A stretch of DNA of 64,000 bases, taken from NCBI GenBank assembly GCA_963796085.1, contig CAWCKF010000003.1, forward strand, positions 126,951 to 190,950. The letters run 5' to 3'. Origin of the DNA: an uncultured Acidobacteriaceae bacterium (GTDB lineage Bacteria; Acidobacteriota; Terriglobia; Terriglobales; Acidobacteriaceae). Below the pieces are notes generated by a model. It ran no database searches. It saw nothing but the letters and a program-made list of their open reading frames with translations, and was not told the origin of the DNA. This document shows, piece by piece, positions 10,253 to 20,151 of this stretch; position 1 is the first letter of the stretch; each line of letters starts with the position of its first letter. The position numbers and the translations under genes were made by a program.

Positions 10253-10522
10253 GGACAGACAGCGGAGGCAATCCTCGTGCAGGATTCTTCCTCACCTTCA
10301 CTTTACGCCAGTTGCCGCCATGGGGCAGGTCTTTGCTTCCCGCAACGCTAAAGCTGATCATGCATTCCCGCTTCCCTGTTTATCAAAAGCCAGGATTGAT
10401 ATGGCTGCCCCCGTGTGAGTCTGAGATACAATCGAGCCTGGGCGCACAAGGGTTCTGGAGTGAGCAAGATGGGACTCCGGTGCGCAACTTCCGCCGTTGC
10501 AACGGGGAGCAAGACCTTCCGT

Positions 10523-11866
10523 ATGGCCCGCATTTATCCATTTCGCGCCTGGCGCTACAATCCCTCCGTGGTCCGGCTGGAGGACGTGGTCACCCAGCCC
10601 TACGACAAAATCTCGCCGTCCATGCAGCAGGCCTACTACCAGCGCAGCCCCTACAACCTGGTGCGCATCATCCTGGGACTGCCGGAGCTGTTCGACAGCG
10701 AACGCGGCGAGAATGTTTATACACGGGCGGCGCGCGACTTTCGCGCCTGGCGGGAACAGGGCGTGCTGATCCAGGAAAAAGACCCCTGCATCTTCGCCTA
10801 CTCGCAGCGTTTCCGGGTCCCGGAAACCGATGGGTTGAAAGAACGGCGCGGATTTATCGCCCTGGGCAAGCTCTACGACTATGCCGAGCAGGTCGTCTTC
10901 CGCCACGAGCAGACGCTCTCCAAGCCCAAAAGCGACCGTCTCAACCTGCTCCAGGCAACCCACGCGCACTTCGGGCAGATCTTCATGCTCTACTCCGACC
11001 CCGGCGGCAGCATGGAGAGGGTTCTTTACGACGGCAACGGCCCCGCCGAAGCCGAGGTCACCGACGAGTACGGCGTGCTGCACCGTTTGTGGCGCGTCAG
11101 CGACCCGGCGGCTATTCGCCTGCTGACCACGGCCATGGCCGACAAGAAACTCATCATCGCCGACGGCCATCACCGCTATGAGACCGCGCTGAATTACTGG
11201 AAGGAGCGCGCACCGGCTTCGCCGCCCACGACCCAGCACAGCACCAGCCAGTTGCCCCAGCCGGCAACCCCTGAAGCCGCCGTGATGATGACTTTCGTCA
11301 ACATGGACTCCGACGGCCTGGTGATTCTGCCCACCCGCCGCGTGGTGCACAGCCTTCCCGGCTTTGAACCCGCCGCCTTTGCCCGCGCCGCCAAGGAGTT
11401 CTTCCAGGTGGAAAAGCTTCCCCACGGCGACGCCGCCAGCTACACCGGTATCCTCGGCAAACAGCAAGGCATAGCCTTTGTCGCCGTCACCCGCTCCGGG
11501 GCTCTGCTGCTGCGCCCCAAACCGGATGCCGTTGCCGCCGCGCTGGCCAGCCTGCCCGAGCGGCAGCGCCAGCTTGGCCTGAACCTCCTGCATTCCATCG
11601 TGCTCGACCGCCTGCTCGGCCTGGATGCTGAAAAAGTCCGCGAGCAGACCAATATCCGCTATCTGCGCGACGCCGGCGAAGCGGTGGACCAGGTTCGCCC
11701 CGCCACGGCGGGCAGCCGCGGCGAGGCCGACATCGCCTTCCTCACCAACCCCGTCACCATGGAGCAACTGCGGGAAGTGGCCTATGCCGGCGAAGTCATG
11801 CCGCAAAAGTCCACCGACTTCTTCCCCAAGTTGCTCAGCGGCCTGACTATCTATGCGCTCGAATAA
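10523..11866 (+). CDS. DUF1015 family protein
   Basis: PYDKI, RHEQT, IADGHHRYETA, MPQKSTDFFPKLLSGL. Confidence 0.9.
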   Translation: MARIYPFRAWRYNPSVVRLEDVVTQPYDKISPSMQQAYYQRSPYNLVRIILGLPELFDSERGENVYTRAARDFRAWREQGVLIQEKDPCIFAYSQRFRVPETDGLKERRGFIALGKLYDYAEQVVFRHEQTLSKPKSDRLNLLQATHAHFGQIFMLYSDPGGSMERVLYDGNGPAEAEVTDEYGVLHRLWRVSDPAAIRLLTTAMADKKLIIADGHHRYETALNYWKERAPASPPTTQHSTSQLPQPATPEAAVMMTFVNMDSDGLVILPTRRVVHSLPGFEPAAFARAAKEFFQVEKLPHGDAASYTGILGKQQGIAFVAVTRSGALLLRPKPDAVAAALASLPERQRQLGLNLLHSIVLDRLLGLDAEKVREQTNIRYLRDAGEAVDQVRPATAGSRGEADIAFLTNPVTMEQLREVAYAGEVMPQKSTDFFPKLLSGLTIYALE

Positions 11867-12557
11867 TTGGGTACTGGTTTGGGCTCTTGCGGCTCTCGCG
11901 GCAACCGGACAAGGGGCCGCCGCGCAGCAAGCTCCGCCTGCTCCAGCAGCCCCCGCGCCTCCCGCAGCCCGCTTTGTGGTGGTTCTGGATGCCGCTCACG
12001 GCGGCGATGATCCGGGCGGGCGGCTAAGCAACGGCCAACTGGAAAAGACTTTTACCCTGGCGCTGAGCGTAAGGCTGCGTTCCCTGTTGGCGGCGCGCGG
12101 CATCCCGGCCGTCACCACGCGCGAATCCGACGCTACCATCGACCTGAACCGCCGCGCCGAGCTTGCCAACCACGCCAACGCCCAGGCCTGCCTGAGCCTG
12201 CACGCCTCTGAAAGCGGCTCCGGCGTCCACCTGTTTGTCTCCTCTCTGGCCCCGGCAGAGCCCGCGCGCATCGCCGCCTGGAAGACCGCGCAAACCGCCT
12301 GGGTTACCCGCAGCCTGGCCCTGGCCGGGACGCTCAACTCCGCCCTCCTGCACGCCGGCATGAACGTCACCCTGGGCCGCACCGCGCTGCCCGCGATCGA
12401 CAGCATGACCTGCCCCGCCGTAGCCGTTGAGATTGCCCCCAAGCGCGACTCAGGCCATCAAATCATCGCTGCCCTGGACGATCCAGGCTACCAGGCCCGC
12501 GTGGCCGAGGCGCTGGCTGCCGCGCTGCTGGAATGGCGAACGGAGGCCCGTCCGTGA
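11853..12557 (+). CDS. N-acetylmuramoyl-L-alanine amidase (Amidase_3)
   Basis: VVLDAAHGGDD, TTRESD, RRAELAN, LSLHA, AVAVEI; signal peptide. Confidence 0.85.
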   Translation: MRSNNWVLVWALAALAATGQGAAAQQAPPAPAAPAPPAARFVVVLDAAHGGDDPGGRLSNGQLEKTFTLALSVRLRSLLAARGIPAVTTRESDATIDLNRRAELANHANAQACLSLHASESGSGVHLFVSSLAPAEPARIAAWKTAQTAWVTRSLALAGTLNSALLHAGMNVTLGRTALPAIDSMTCPAVAVEIAPKRDSGHQIIAALDDPGYQARVAEALAAALLEWRTEARP

Positions 12558-13237
12558 TCCCCCGCTACCAGGCCGTCCTCTTCATCATCCTGCTCGTGGC
12601 TTCAGTGGTCATGGGCGTGGTCCTGTGGCAGTTGCGCGAGCGCGCCCACCAGCGGCTGCTCGCGGGCCAGGACTCGGCGCCCACACATGCCCCCGAGGTG
12701 GCGCCGGCTGAACCGGCTACTCTCCTGGTGGCCAACGACGCCGACGGCTCCCTGATGACCCAGGTGCAATCCCTGCCCCTGCCCCCGGACCCCGGCGCGC
12801 GCGCCCGCGCCGTGCTGGGCAAGCTGCTGGACCTCTACGCCGCTCCCGACGCCGCCCACCCGGTTCCCGGCGGCGCCAACTCCATCGCCCAGGTCTTCCT
12901 GTTGCCGGCCCTGAACCTTGCAGGCAACTCCAACGCGCCCGCAACCCCAGCCTTTCCATCGCTGGATTCCCAGGCCAAAGGCCCCCAGCCAACAGGCCCC
13001 GAACTCGCCGTCGTCAACCTGACCGGCAGCTTCGCCGCCACCCATCCCTCGGGCATTGAGACCGAGACCCTCACCGTGCTCTCCATCTGCGGCACCCTGC
13101 ACGCCAACCTGCCCCGCGTCACCCAGGTCCGCTTCCTGGTGGACGGCCAGGCGCGCTCCACTTTGGCCGGCCACGCCGACCTCACCCGCACCTATCTCGC
13201 CGCCGACGCCGTCCCCACCGAGGGAGCCCACCCATGA
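12554..13237 (+). CDS. GerMN-domain membrane-anchored protein
   Basis: N-terminal TM; HPSGIETETLT...VRFLVDG...TLAGHADL; GTGA overlap with the amidase. Confidence 0.85.
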   Translation: MIPRYQAVLFIILLVASVVMGVVLWQLRERAHQRLLAGQDSAPTHAPEVAPAEPATLLVANDADGSLMTQVQSLPLPPDPGARARAVLGKLLDLYAAPDAAHPVPGGANSIAQVFLLPALNLAGNSNAPATPAFPSLDSQAKGPQPTGPELAVVNLTGSFAATHPSGIETETLTVLSICGTLHANLPRVTQVRFLVDGQARSTLAGHADLTRTYLAADAVPTEGAHP

Positions 13238-13282
13238 GCAGCCTCCTCTGCGAACCTGAGACCAAGTCCTGAGCAAGCAGCA

Positions 13283-14263
13283 GTGGACGCTGGCCCCACC
13301 ATCGGCGTCTTCGATTCCGGCTTCGGCGGCCTCACCGTCCTGCGCGCGCTCATGGAACGGCTCCCGCAGGCCCGCTTCGCCTTTCTCGGCGATACGGCCC
13401 GGCTGCCCTACGGCTCCAAATCCCGCCGCACCATCGCCCGCTACGCCGTGCAGAGCGCGCAGTTCCTGGTGCGCGAGCAGGGCGCAGAGTTCCTGGTCAT
13501 CGCCTGCAACACCGCCAGCGCCCTGGCCCTCGACGCCATTCAGGACGCCGTGCCGGTTCCGGTGCTGGGCGTGATCGAGCCCGGCGCCTCTGCCGCCCGC
13601 GCCGCCTCCCGTAGCGGCGACGTGCTGGTCATCGCCACCGACGCTACCGTGCAGAGCCACGCCTACTCCGCCGCCTGCCGCGCCCTGGGCCTGCGCGCTC
13701 TGGAGAAAGCCTGCCCGCTGCTGGTTCCCCTGGTCGAGGAAGGCTGGACCGGCCCCTCAGACTTTCCTGCGGCTGTCAATGGACCTGGTGCGGCGGAAGC
13801 CGCGTCTGCCCCACCGCAGGTGGCCGTCACCGCCCAGGTCATTCGCATCTACCTGGATGAACTGAACGCCGATGCCGCCGCCCAGGGCCTCAAGCCCGAT
13901 ACGCTGGTCCTGGGCTGCACCCATTACCCGCTGCTGCGCCCGCTCATCGAACTCGCCGTTCCGGCAGGGATGAGGGTCATCGACTCCGCCGATGCCGCCG
14001 CCGAGGCCGCCGCGCGGCTCTTCGATGGCCGCGCCGCAGACTTGCAGGCAACCGTGGATCCAGGTCTTGTATCAGGGCACGACTTTAGTCGTGCCGCAGG
14101 ATCAGCAGAATCCCACCGGGCTTTAGCCCCTGCGGCAGGCTCATCCGGTGCCGCGCAGATCCGCTGCTTCGCCACTGACTCCGTGGAAAAGTTTGCGCGC
14201 CTCGGCTCCCGCTTTTTAGGCCGCCCCGTGGGCAAGGTCGAGCTTGTGGACCTGGGCGGCTGA
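13283..14263 (+). CDS. murI: Glutamate racemase with two internal insertions
   Basis: FDSGFGGLTV, PYG, IACNTAS, LGCTHYP. Confidence 0.95.
   Translation: MDAGPTIGVFDSGFGGLTVLRALMERLPQARFAFLGDTARLPYGSKSRRTIARYAVQSAQFLVREQGAEFLVIACNTASALALDAIQDAVPVPVLGVIEPGASAARAASRSGDVLVIATDATVQSHAYSAACRALGLRALEKACPLLVPLVEEGWTGPSDFPAAVNGPGAAEAASAPPQVAVTAQVIRIYLDELNADAAAQGLKPDTLVLGCTHYPLLRPLIELAVPAGMRVIDSADAAAEAAARLFDGRAADLQATVDPGLVSGHDFSRAAGSAESHRALAPAAGSSGAAQIRCFATDSVEKFARLGSRFLGRPVGKVELVDLGG
14065..14132 (+). repeat. REP-like family A half-element, in frame within murI
   Basis: TCTTGTATCAGGGCACGACTTTAGTCGTGCCG...GGGCTTTAGCCCCTG; both blocks also occur at 33193-33260. Confidence 0.9.
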
Positions 14264-14343
14264 ACTTCGCTTTGCGGCTGATATTCTAGGAGTCGGTTGG
14301 TCCGGCATCCCCAGCACAAGGACCATGGAGGAAGAAAGCAAGC

Positions 14344-15111
14344 ATGATCAATCTGGCGGGTAAGACGGCCGTGGTCTTCGGGCTGGCCAACAAGCGTTCC
14401 ATCGCCTGGGGCATCGCCCAAAAACTGCACGCGGCCGGCGCCACCCTGGCCATCTGCTATCAGAACGAGCGCATGAAGGCCGACGCCGAAGAACTCATCG
14501 CCGAGTTGACCGGCGCTTCGGGCTTCCAGTGCGACGTTGCGAGCGACGAGCAGATTGAGGCTGTCTTCGCCGCCTTCAGGGAGAAGTACGGCAAGATCGA
14601 AATTCTGGTCCACGCCGTGGCCTACGCCCCCGCCGAGGAGCTGCGCGGCGAGTTCGTCAACACCAGCCGCGAGGGTTTCCGCATCGCCCACGACGTCAGC
14701 GTCTACTCGCTCATCGCCGTCAGCCGCGCCGCCGCCGCGCTCATGACCGAGAGCGGCAGCATCATCACCCTCACTTACTTTGGCGCGGAGAAGGTGGTGC
14801 CCAACTACAACGTCATGGGCGTAGCCAAGGCTTCGCTTGAAGCCACGGTCCGCTACCTGGCCTGGAACCTCGGCCCCAGGAATATTCGCGTCAACGCAAT
14901 CTCCGCCGGCCCTATCAAGACCCTGGCCGCACGCGGCGTGGGCGCATTAGGCGATACGCTCAAGTCCCACTCCGACCGCGCTCCGCTCCACCGCAACGTG
15001 GACCAGTTAGAAGTCGGCGGCGCGGCCCTCTTCCTGGCCAGCGACTTAGCCAGCGCCGTCACCGGCGAAACCCTCTACGTGGATTGCGGCTATAACATCA
15101 TGGGATTCTGA
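14344..15111 (+). CDS. fabI: Enoyl-ACP reductase
   Basis: GLANKRSIAWGIA, YNVMGVAKASLE, SAGPIKTLAA. Confidence 0.96.
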   Translation: MINLAGKTAVVFGLANKRSIAWGIAQKLHAAGATLAICYQNERMKADAEELIAELTGASGFQCDVASDEQIEAVFAAFREKYGKIEILVHAVAYAPAEELRGEFVNTSREGFRIAHDVSVYSLIAVSRAAAALMTESGSIITLTYFGAEKVVPNYNVMGVAKASLEATVRYLAWNLGPRNIRVNAISAGPIKTLAARGVGALGDTLKSHSDRAPLHRNVDQLEVGGAALFLASDLASAVTGETLYVDCGYNIMGF

Positions 15112-15134
15112 ACTAGCGGTTTCCGCCCGTTGCC

Positions 15135-15185
15135 TTGAAAGGGTACGACTTCAAAGCTTGCCCTGAGCACAGTCGAAAGGTGCCG
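15135..15185 (+). repeat. REP-like family A element interrupted by a family E-like unit
   Basis: TTGAAAGGGTACGACTTCA[AAGCTTGCCCTGAGCACAGTCGAAAG]GTGCCG. Confidence 0.7.
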
Positions 15186-15290
15186 TAAATGCCACAAAAC
15201 AAAAGGCAGGTACCCTCGCCACAGTTCTGCATCAGAGAATCTCAATAAATAAACTACAAATTTGCACCGTTATGATGTAAAGTGGTGTAA

Positions 15291-15494
15291 ATGGCGGAAA
15301 AGCCCAATTCGACCAGCGCGCCCAAAAGCGAACAATCCCCTCGATTGTCTGTTACTCTCCCTTCGGAGACGTACGCGTCCCTTGAGAGAATCGCAAAGAA
15401 GAAGAAGGTCTCCCTTGCGTGGGTGGTGCGGGATGCAACAGAGAAATATGTTTCAGACGAGCTTCCTCTTTTCCGGGAGGCCAGAAATGGCTGA
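15291..15494 (+). CDS. CopG/ribbon-helix-helix regulator
   Basis: RLSVTLP...LERIAKKKKVSLAWVVRDATEKYV; overlaps the methyltransferase start. Confidence 0.8.
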   Translation: MAEKPNSTSAPKSEQSPRLSVTLPSETYASLERIAKKKKVSLAWVVRDATEKYVSDELPLFREARNG

Positions 15495-16653
15495 TCATCG
15501 CCCGTTTTCTCATACTTTCTACGAGTTCTTCGCGGGCGGCGGAATGGTTCGCGCCGGGCTTGGCGCCGACTGGAACTGCCTCTTCGCCAACGACTTCGAT
15601 CAGAAGAAGGGGCGGATATACCGCCTCAACTGGGGCGACGGTGAGCTAAAGACAGCTGATATCTCGACGCTCACGACCAATGACATTCCGAATATCGCCG
15701 ACATGGCCTGGGGCTCTTTCCCATGCCAGGATCTCTCTCTTGCAGGCGGCGGGGCCGGCCTGAAGGGCGACCGCTCGGGCACATTTTGGCCGTTCTGGAA
15801 TCTAATGACGGACTTAATACGAGAGGACCGCGCGCCGCGCCTGATCATTTTAGAGAACGTCTGCGGAACTCTCACTTCTCATGAAGGGAAGGACTTCGCA
15901 ACAATATGCGGAGTATTTGAACAAGCCGGATATAGCGTGGGTGCGATTGTTGTGGATGCAGCATTATTCGTACCACAATCCCGGCCACGCCTATTCATCA
16001 TAGGTGTTCGCGGCAACGTAGATTTGCCAAAGGATTTGGTAAGGGAAGACGCTATGGCGCCCTGGCACACCAAGGCGCTCATCAGAGCGTACAGAAGTTT
16101 GCCCGCGAAGACTAAGCACGCTTGGCTTTGGTGGAGGCTCCCACTCCCACCGAAGCAAAATATTGCATTCTCGGACTTGATCGAGGAACCTTCTGATGGT
16201 GTGGAATGGTTCAGCGCGGATAAGACGCGGCAATTGCTCGAAATGATGAGCCCCGTAAACCAAGCGAAGGTAGCAAGAGCGAAGCGGCAAAGGCGTAGGA
16301 TCGTCGGAGCAGTCTATAAGCGAACTCGTCCTAACGAACTCGGACGAAAAGTACAGCGCGCAGAAGTTCGGTTTGACGGCATGTCCGGATGTCTTCGGAC
16401 GCCGGCGGGCGGATCGAGTCGGCAGGTTATCATCGTGATTGAGGGAGGCTCTGTGAAGGCGCGACTAATCTCAAGCCGCGAAACCGCTCGGCTTATGGGC
16501 CTACCTGATGAGTACACGCTCCCGACAAATTACAACGAAGCATACCATCTTACTGGAGACGGCGTGGTAGTTCCTGTCGTGCGGTACCTTGCCAAAAATA
16601 TCTTCGAGCAGATATTGACGTTTTCTCCATCGCGAAAAACGGTGGCGGCATGA
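15487..16653 (+). CDS. DNA (cytosine-5)-methyltransferase
   Basis: EFFAGGG (motif I), FPCQDLS (IV), ENV (VI), QSRPR (VIII), RETARLMG (IX), GDGV (X). Confidence 0.95.
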   Translation: MADHRPFSHTFYEFFAGGGMVRAGLGADWNCLFANDFDQKKGRIYRLNWGDGELKTADISTLTTNDIPNIADMAWGSFPCQDLSLAGGGAGLKGDRSGTFWPFWNLMTDLIREDRAPRLIILENVCGTLTSHEGKDFATICGVFEQAGYSVGAIVVDAALFVPQSRPRLFIIGVRGNVDLPKDLVREDAMAPWHTKALIRAYRSLPAKTKHAWLWWRLPLPPKQNIAFSDLIEEPSDGVEWFSADKTRQLLEMMSPVNQAKVARAKRQRRRIVGAVYKRTRPNELGRKVQRAEVRFDGMSGCLRTPAGGSSRQVIIVIEGGSVKARLISSRETARLMGLPDEYTLPTNYNEAYHLTGDGVVVPVVRYLAKNIFEQILTFSPSRKTVAA

Positions 16654-17507
16654 GTGTTATCCCTTGCAAGCAAAATGTGGAACTCAGGGCGCTTATCCGC
16701 GATTATGCTGAGGTGCTCAAGACCGATGCACACAAGCTCGGTGCACACGGATTAAATGAGACCGAGTTTTATAACAGCGGCCTGTTCCGAGGAGCAATCG
16801 AACGGGTGCGCGGCCAATTCGCCGCCACAATGGCTCTCAAACGTGAATTTACCCGCCACGTGCTGAACTATATGCAGGACCAAGGCTTCATCCGAGACTG
16901 GGAGTCCGCAGGAGAAGCCAATCGCCACGACTATGTTGTCAAGCTTAACTCTGGACGAATAGGCGCAATTGAGTTAAAAGGCTGTCTCGATGGGAATAAC
17001 ACAAATATTTTCGAGCGGCCTACAAACGCACAGGAGTTTGTAATCTGGAGCCTCTGCACGAATCCGGGCGCGGACCCGAGACTTAACGCATGGTCGGGAA
17101 TCCACACGCGCCTAAGCGCCGAAATCATCTCGCGGCAACAGCGGGTAGACGGCGTCATTATTTGGGATATGGCTTGCGCTACAGTTGGGCGGCCCTGTCC
17201 AAAGGTTACAGAAACACCGGAGAGACTCACAACGGTCGCCCATTACGTGCTGCCACCTCCTTGCATATACGTGATGCCAGCAACGATTGCTAGCCCAAGA
17301 AACAATCCTCGACCAATAGCGCAGTCCCTAGACGATGTCCACCTGCTAAAAGCATTCCATGAATGTTTTCGTGGCAGAGATGATGAAGTGAATTACGTGG
17401 ATTTCGAAATCGAGCACAAGGGAGTTGATACCGAGAGGCTCACGCGGATTCGCCGCGGAGGAGTGGTGGCGCGGGAGTCGAGTTTTACCCCGATCCAGAG
17501 GGCCTGA
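16650..17507 (+). CDS. Putative type II restriction endonuclease (PD-(D/E)xK-like)
   Basis: Overlaps both the methyltransferase and vsr; RHDY...IELKG candidate catalytic motif. Function is inferred from context. Confidence 0.55.
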   Translation: MSVIPCKQNVELRALIRDYAEVLKTDAHKLGAHGLNETEFYNSGLFRGAIERVRGQFAATMALKREFTRHVLNYMQDQGFIRDWESAGEANRHDYVVKLNSGRIGAIELKGCLDGNNTNIFERPTNAQEFVIWSLCTNPGADPRLNAWSGIHTRLSAEIISRQQRVDGVIIWDMACATVGRPCPKVTETPERLTTVAHYVLPPPCIYVMPATIASPRNNPRPIAQSLDDVHLLKAFHECFRGRDDEVNYVDFEIEHKGVDTERLTRIRRGGVVARESSFTPIQRA

Positions 17508-17908
17508 TGGAAACGTCAGAGGCACGACATCGCACAATGCAGGCGGTAAAGAGCAAGGACACTGGCCCCGAGATGCTTGTCCGCAGGCTCCTCCATGCGC
17601 AAGGCTATCGTTACCGCCTCCATAGTAAGGTCCTTCCAGGTCGCCCTGATCTCGTTTTCAGCAGCCGGAAAAAAGTGATCTTCGTCCACGGCTGCTTCTG
17701 GCATGGCCATCAATGCGCACGCGGCAAACGCGTACCGATCAGCAATCGCGAATATTGGGTGAAAAAGGTGGAGAGAAATAGAAAGAGGGATCAACACGTC
17801 GCGCAACTTCTGCGTCTACTTGGATGGGAACGCAAGGTCATCTGGGAATGCAGCCTAAAAAAACCGGAACGGGTGAGACTGGTTTTGGATGAGTTTCTAA
17901 CGAACTGA
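17507..17908 (+). CDS. vsr: Very short patch repair endonuclease
   Basis: MQAVKSKDTGPE, LPGRPDL, FVHGCFWHGH, IWEC. Confidence 0.95.
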   Translation: METSEARHRTMQAVKSKDTGPEMLVRRLLHAQGYRYRLHSKVLPGRPDLVFSSRKKVIFVHGCFWHGHQCARGKRVPISNREYWVKKVERNRKRDQHVAQLLRLLGWERKVIWECSLKKPERVRLVLDEFLTN

Positions 17909-17911
17909 TGT

Positions 17912-17966
17912 TGCCCCATCCTTGCGACTTTTTTCTGTCGCAAGGGTGGGAGACCACAAAATTCAA
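17912..17966 (+). repeat. REP-like family B element
   Basis: TGCCCCATCCTTGCGAC-loop-GTCGCAAGGGTGGGAGACCACAAAATTCAA. Confidence 0.85.
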
Positions 17967-17991
17967 TAGGTCCGGTTCAAGTAATCCCGAC

Positions 17992-18465
17992 CTATTCTTT
18001 CAGTGTCACCGTAATCCTGCGCGCGTCGCCGCCGGTTGAGGTAATTAAAATCTCTCCGGTGGACTTTTTGCGGATGCTCTTGAATTTTTCTCCCCACTCC
18101 ACCAGCACCAGCGCATCCGGAGTCAGCAACTCATCGAGGCCCAGAGTTTCCAGTTGGCGCTCGCCTTCCAGGCGATAGACATCCAGGTGGAAAAGCTTCA
18201 CCGGCTTGCCGTCTCGCGCGCCAACGTACTCGTGAATCAGCGTAAAGGTGGGGCTGGTCACCTCGTCGGCCTCGGCGGCGTCCAGGGCCTGGGCGATACC
18301 CTTCACCAGAGTGGTTTTGCCGGTGCCCAGGTCGCCGCGCAGGATCAGCAGTTGCGGCGGCGCCAGCAGATGAGCCAGCTTGCGGCCCACTTCGATGGTC
18401 TCCGCGCCGCTTTGGCTGGTGAACTCGTGCGTCCGGCCTGCGGCGGTAGGGGCTTCTGGACTCAT
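17992..18465 (-). CDS. tsaE: t6A biosynthesis ATPase
   Basis: GDLGTGKTT, SPTFTL, HLDVYRL, VEW. Confidence 0.95.
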   Translation of the reverse strand: MSPEAPTAAGRTHEFTSQSGAETIEVGRKLAHLLAPPQLLILRGDLGTGKTTLVKGIAQALDAAEADEVTSPTFTLIHEYVGARDGKPVKLFHLDVYRLEGERQLETLGLDELLTPDALVLVEWGEKFKSIRKKSTGEILITSTGGDARRITVTLKE

Positions 18466-20140
18466 TCGGTGGCCTCATGAAGGGCTGCGGCCTGCAAGGC
18501 TTCAGCCGGCAGTCCCTGCAACCAAAGATACCCGTTCGGCCCGCGGGAACGAAAGTGAAAAGCCCGGGGAAGCTGAAGCAGAATATCTGTAGCCAACAGC
18601 GTATGCTCATCGGCCTCGCGCACGGCCAGGTCCGCGGCCAGCCCGTGCAGAGTATACCGCCGCCTCCACCGCGCGCGCCGGCTCCGCCGGGTACTGCGCC
18701 AGCAATCCGGCGATCAGCCCGGTGAGCAGATCGCCGCTGCCGCCCTTGGCCATGCCAGGATTGCCGGTGGTGTTCACGGCCACGCGGCCGTCGGGATGGG
18801 CGATGAGCGTGCGCGCGCCCTTGAGCACCAGCGTCACGCCCAGGCGCCGGGCAAAGCCGCGCGCAACCTCAAGCCGGTTGGCCTGCACCTCGGCCACCGT
18901 GATACCAGCCAGACGCGCCATCTCGCCGGGATGCGGCGTGAGCACCAGGGTGCGTTCGCCGCCGCGAGCCAGCTTGGCCAGCAGCACCGGCTTGGCAGCC
19001 AGAATACTGAGCGCGTCCGCGTCAATCACCGCTGGAATCTTTGCCGCCGAAAGCAGCCCGGCTGTAAATTTGATCGTCTCCGGCCCCTGTCCCAACCCCG
19101 GCCCGATGGCCAGCACGGTTTTCCCCGCCGTAAGCGCCTTCAAAACCTCCGCGGCCAGGTTCGCCGCCGCAATCTGCCCGGATGCGGTTGCCGCAAGCTG
19201 GAAAGTCATCAGCTCCGGCGCAACGGGGGCCACCAGCGGCAGCGCCGGAGCGGGAACCGCCGCCGTGACCAGGCCTGCCCCCGCCCGCAGCGCGCCCAGG
19301 GCTGCCATGGCCGGTGCGCCGGATTTGCCTCCGGCCGTTCCCAGCGACCCACCCACCACCAGCACGTGCCCGAAGTTGCCTTTGTTGGCTCCCGCTGCCC
19401 TGGGCGCCTGCACCAGCTCCACCGCCGAGCCCGCCCAATGCAATCCCATCTCCGAAACGATGGCCTCCTGCGGCGAGCCGATGGGCGCCACCACAATGGG
19501 CTGGTCCCACGCTCTGGTCAACTGGCCAAAGACATGCGCCGGCTTGGGCGCGGTAAAGGTGATTACCGCATCGGCGGGAAAGACCGGAGTGGCCAAAGTG
19601 GCGCTGGTTTCGTCCGCCGGCCATCCGGAGGGCAGATCAACGGCAAGGATGGGCGCGCGGCTGGCCTTCACCCATTCCAGCGCCGCCAGCGCCAGCCCCT
19701 TCAGGGGCGGCTTGAAGCCCGTGCCCAGCACCGCATCCACAATCAGATCGGTTTCGAGGGCGCCCGTGAGCCGCGCCAGGTCCTCCGGCGCGGTAACAAT
19801 GTAGATGAGCTTGTGCGCGGGCCCGCGTTCCAGACCGTTCAGTTCCAGCCATGCCTGGGCTGCGTCGCCCTTCAGATCGGGCGCGCCCAGCAGCAGCGTG
19901 GTTACCTTGAGGCCCGCATCGGCGAGCAGGCGCGCGGCCATCATTCCGTCGCCGCCGTTATTGCCCCTGCCGCACAGCACCGTTACGCGCCGCGTCCGCG
20001 GGAACTGCTCCCGCGCAAAGTGCCGCCACTGCCGCCGAGGCCGCCCGCATCAACTCCAGCGAGGGTATCCCGAACCGCTCGGTGGTGGCGCGGTCGCAGG
20101 CCTGCATCTCGGCAGCGGAAAGAACGTGCATGCCATCCAT
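18462..20140 (-). CDS. nnr: Bifunctional NAD(P)H-hydrate epimerase/dehydratase, frameshifted
   Basis: CGRGNNGGDG, DLPSG, NKGNFGH, GPGLG, TPHPGE, GGSGDLLTG; reconstructed frame ends ...LHEATE* overlapping the tsaE ATG. Confidence 0.92.
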
Positions 20141-20151
20141 GGTAGCTGATG

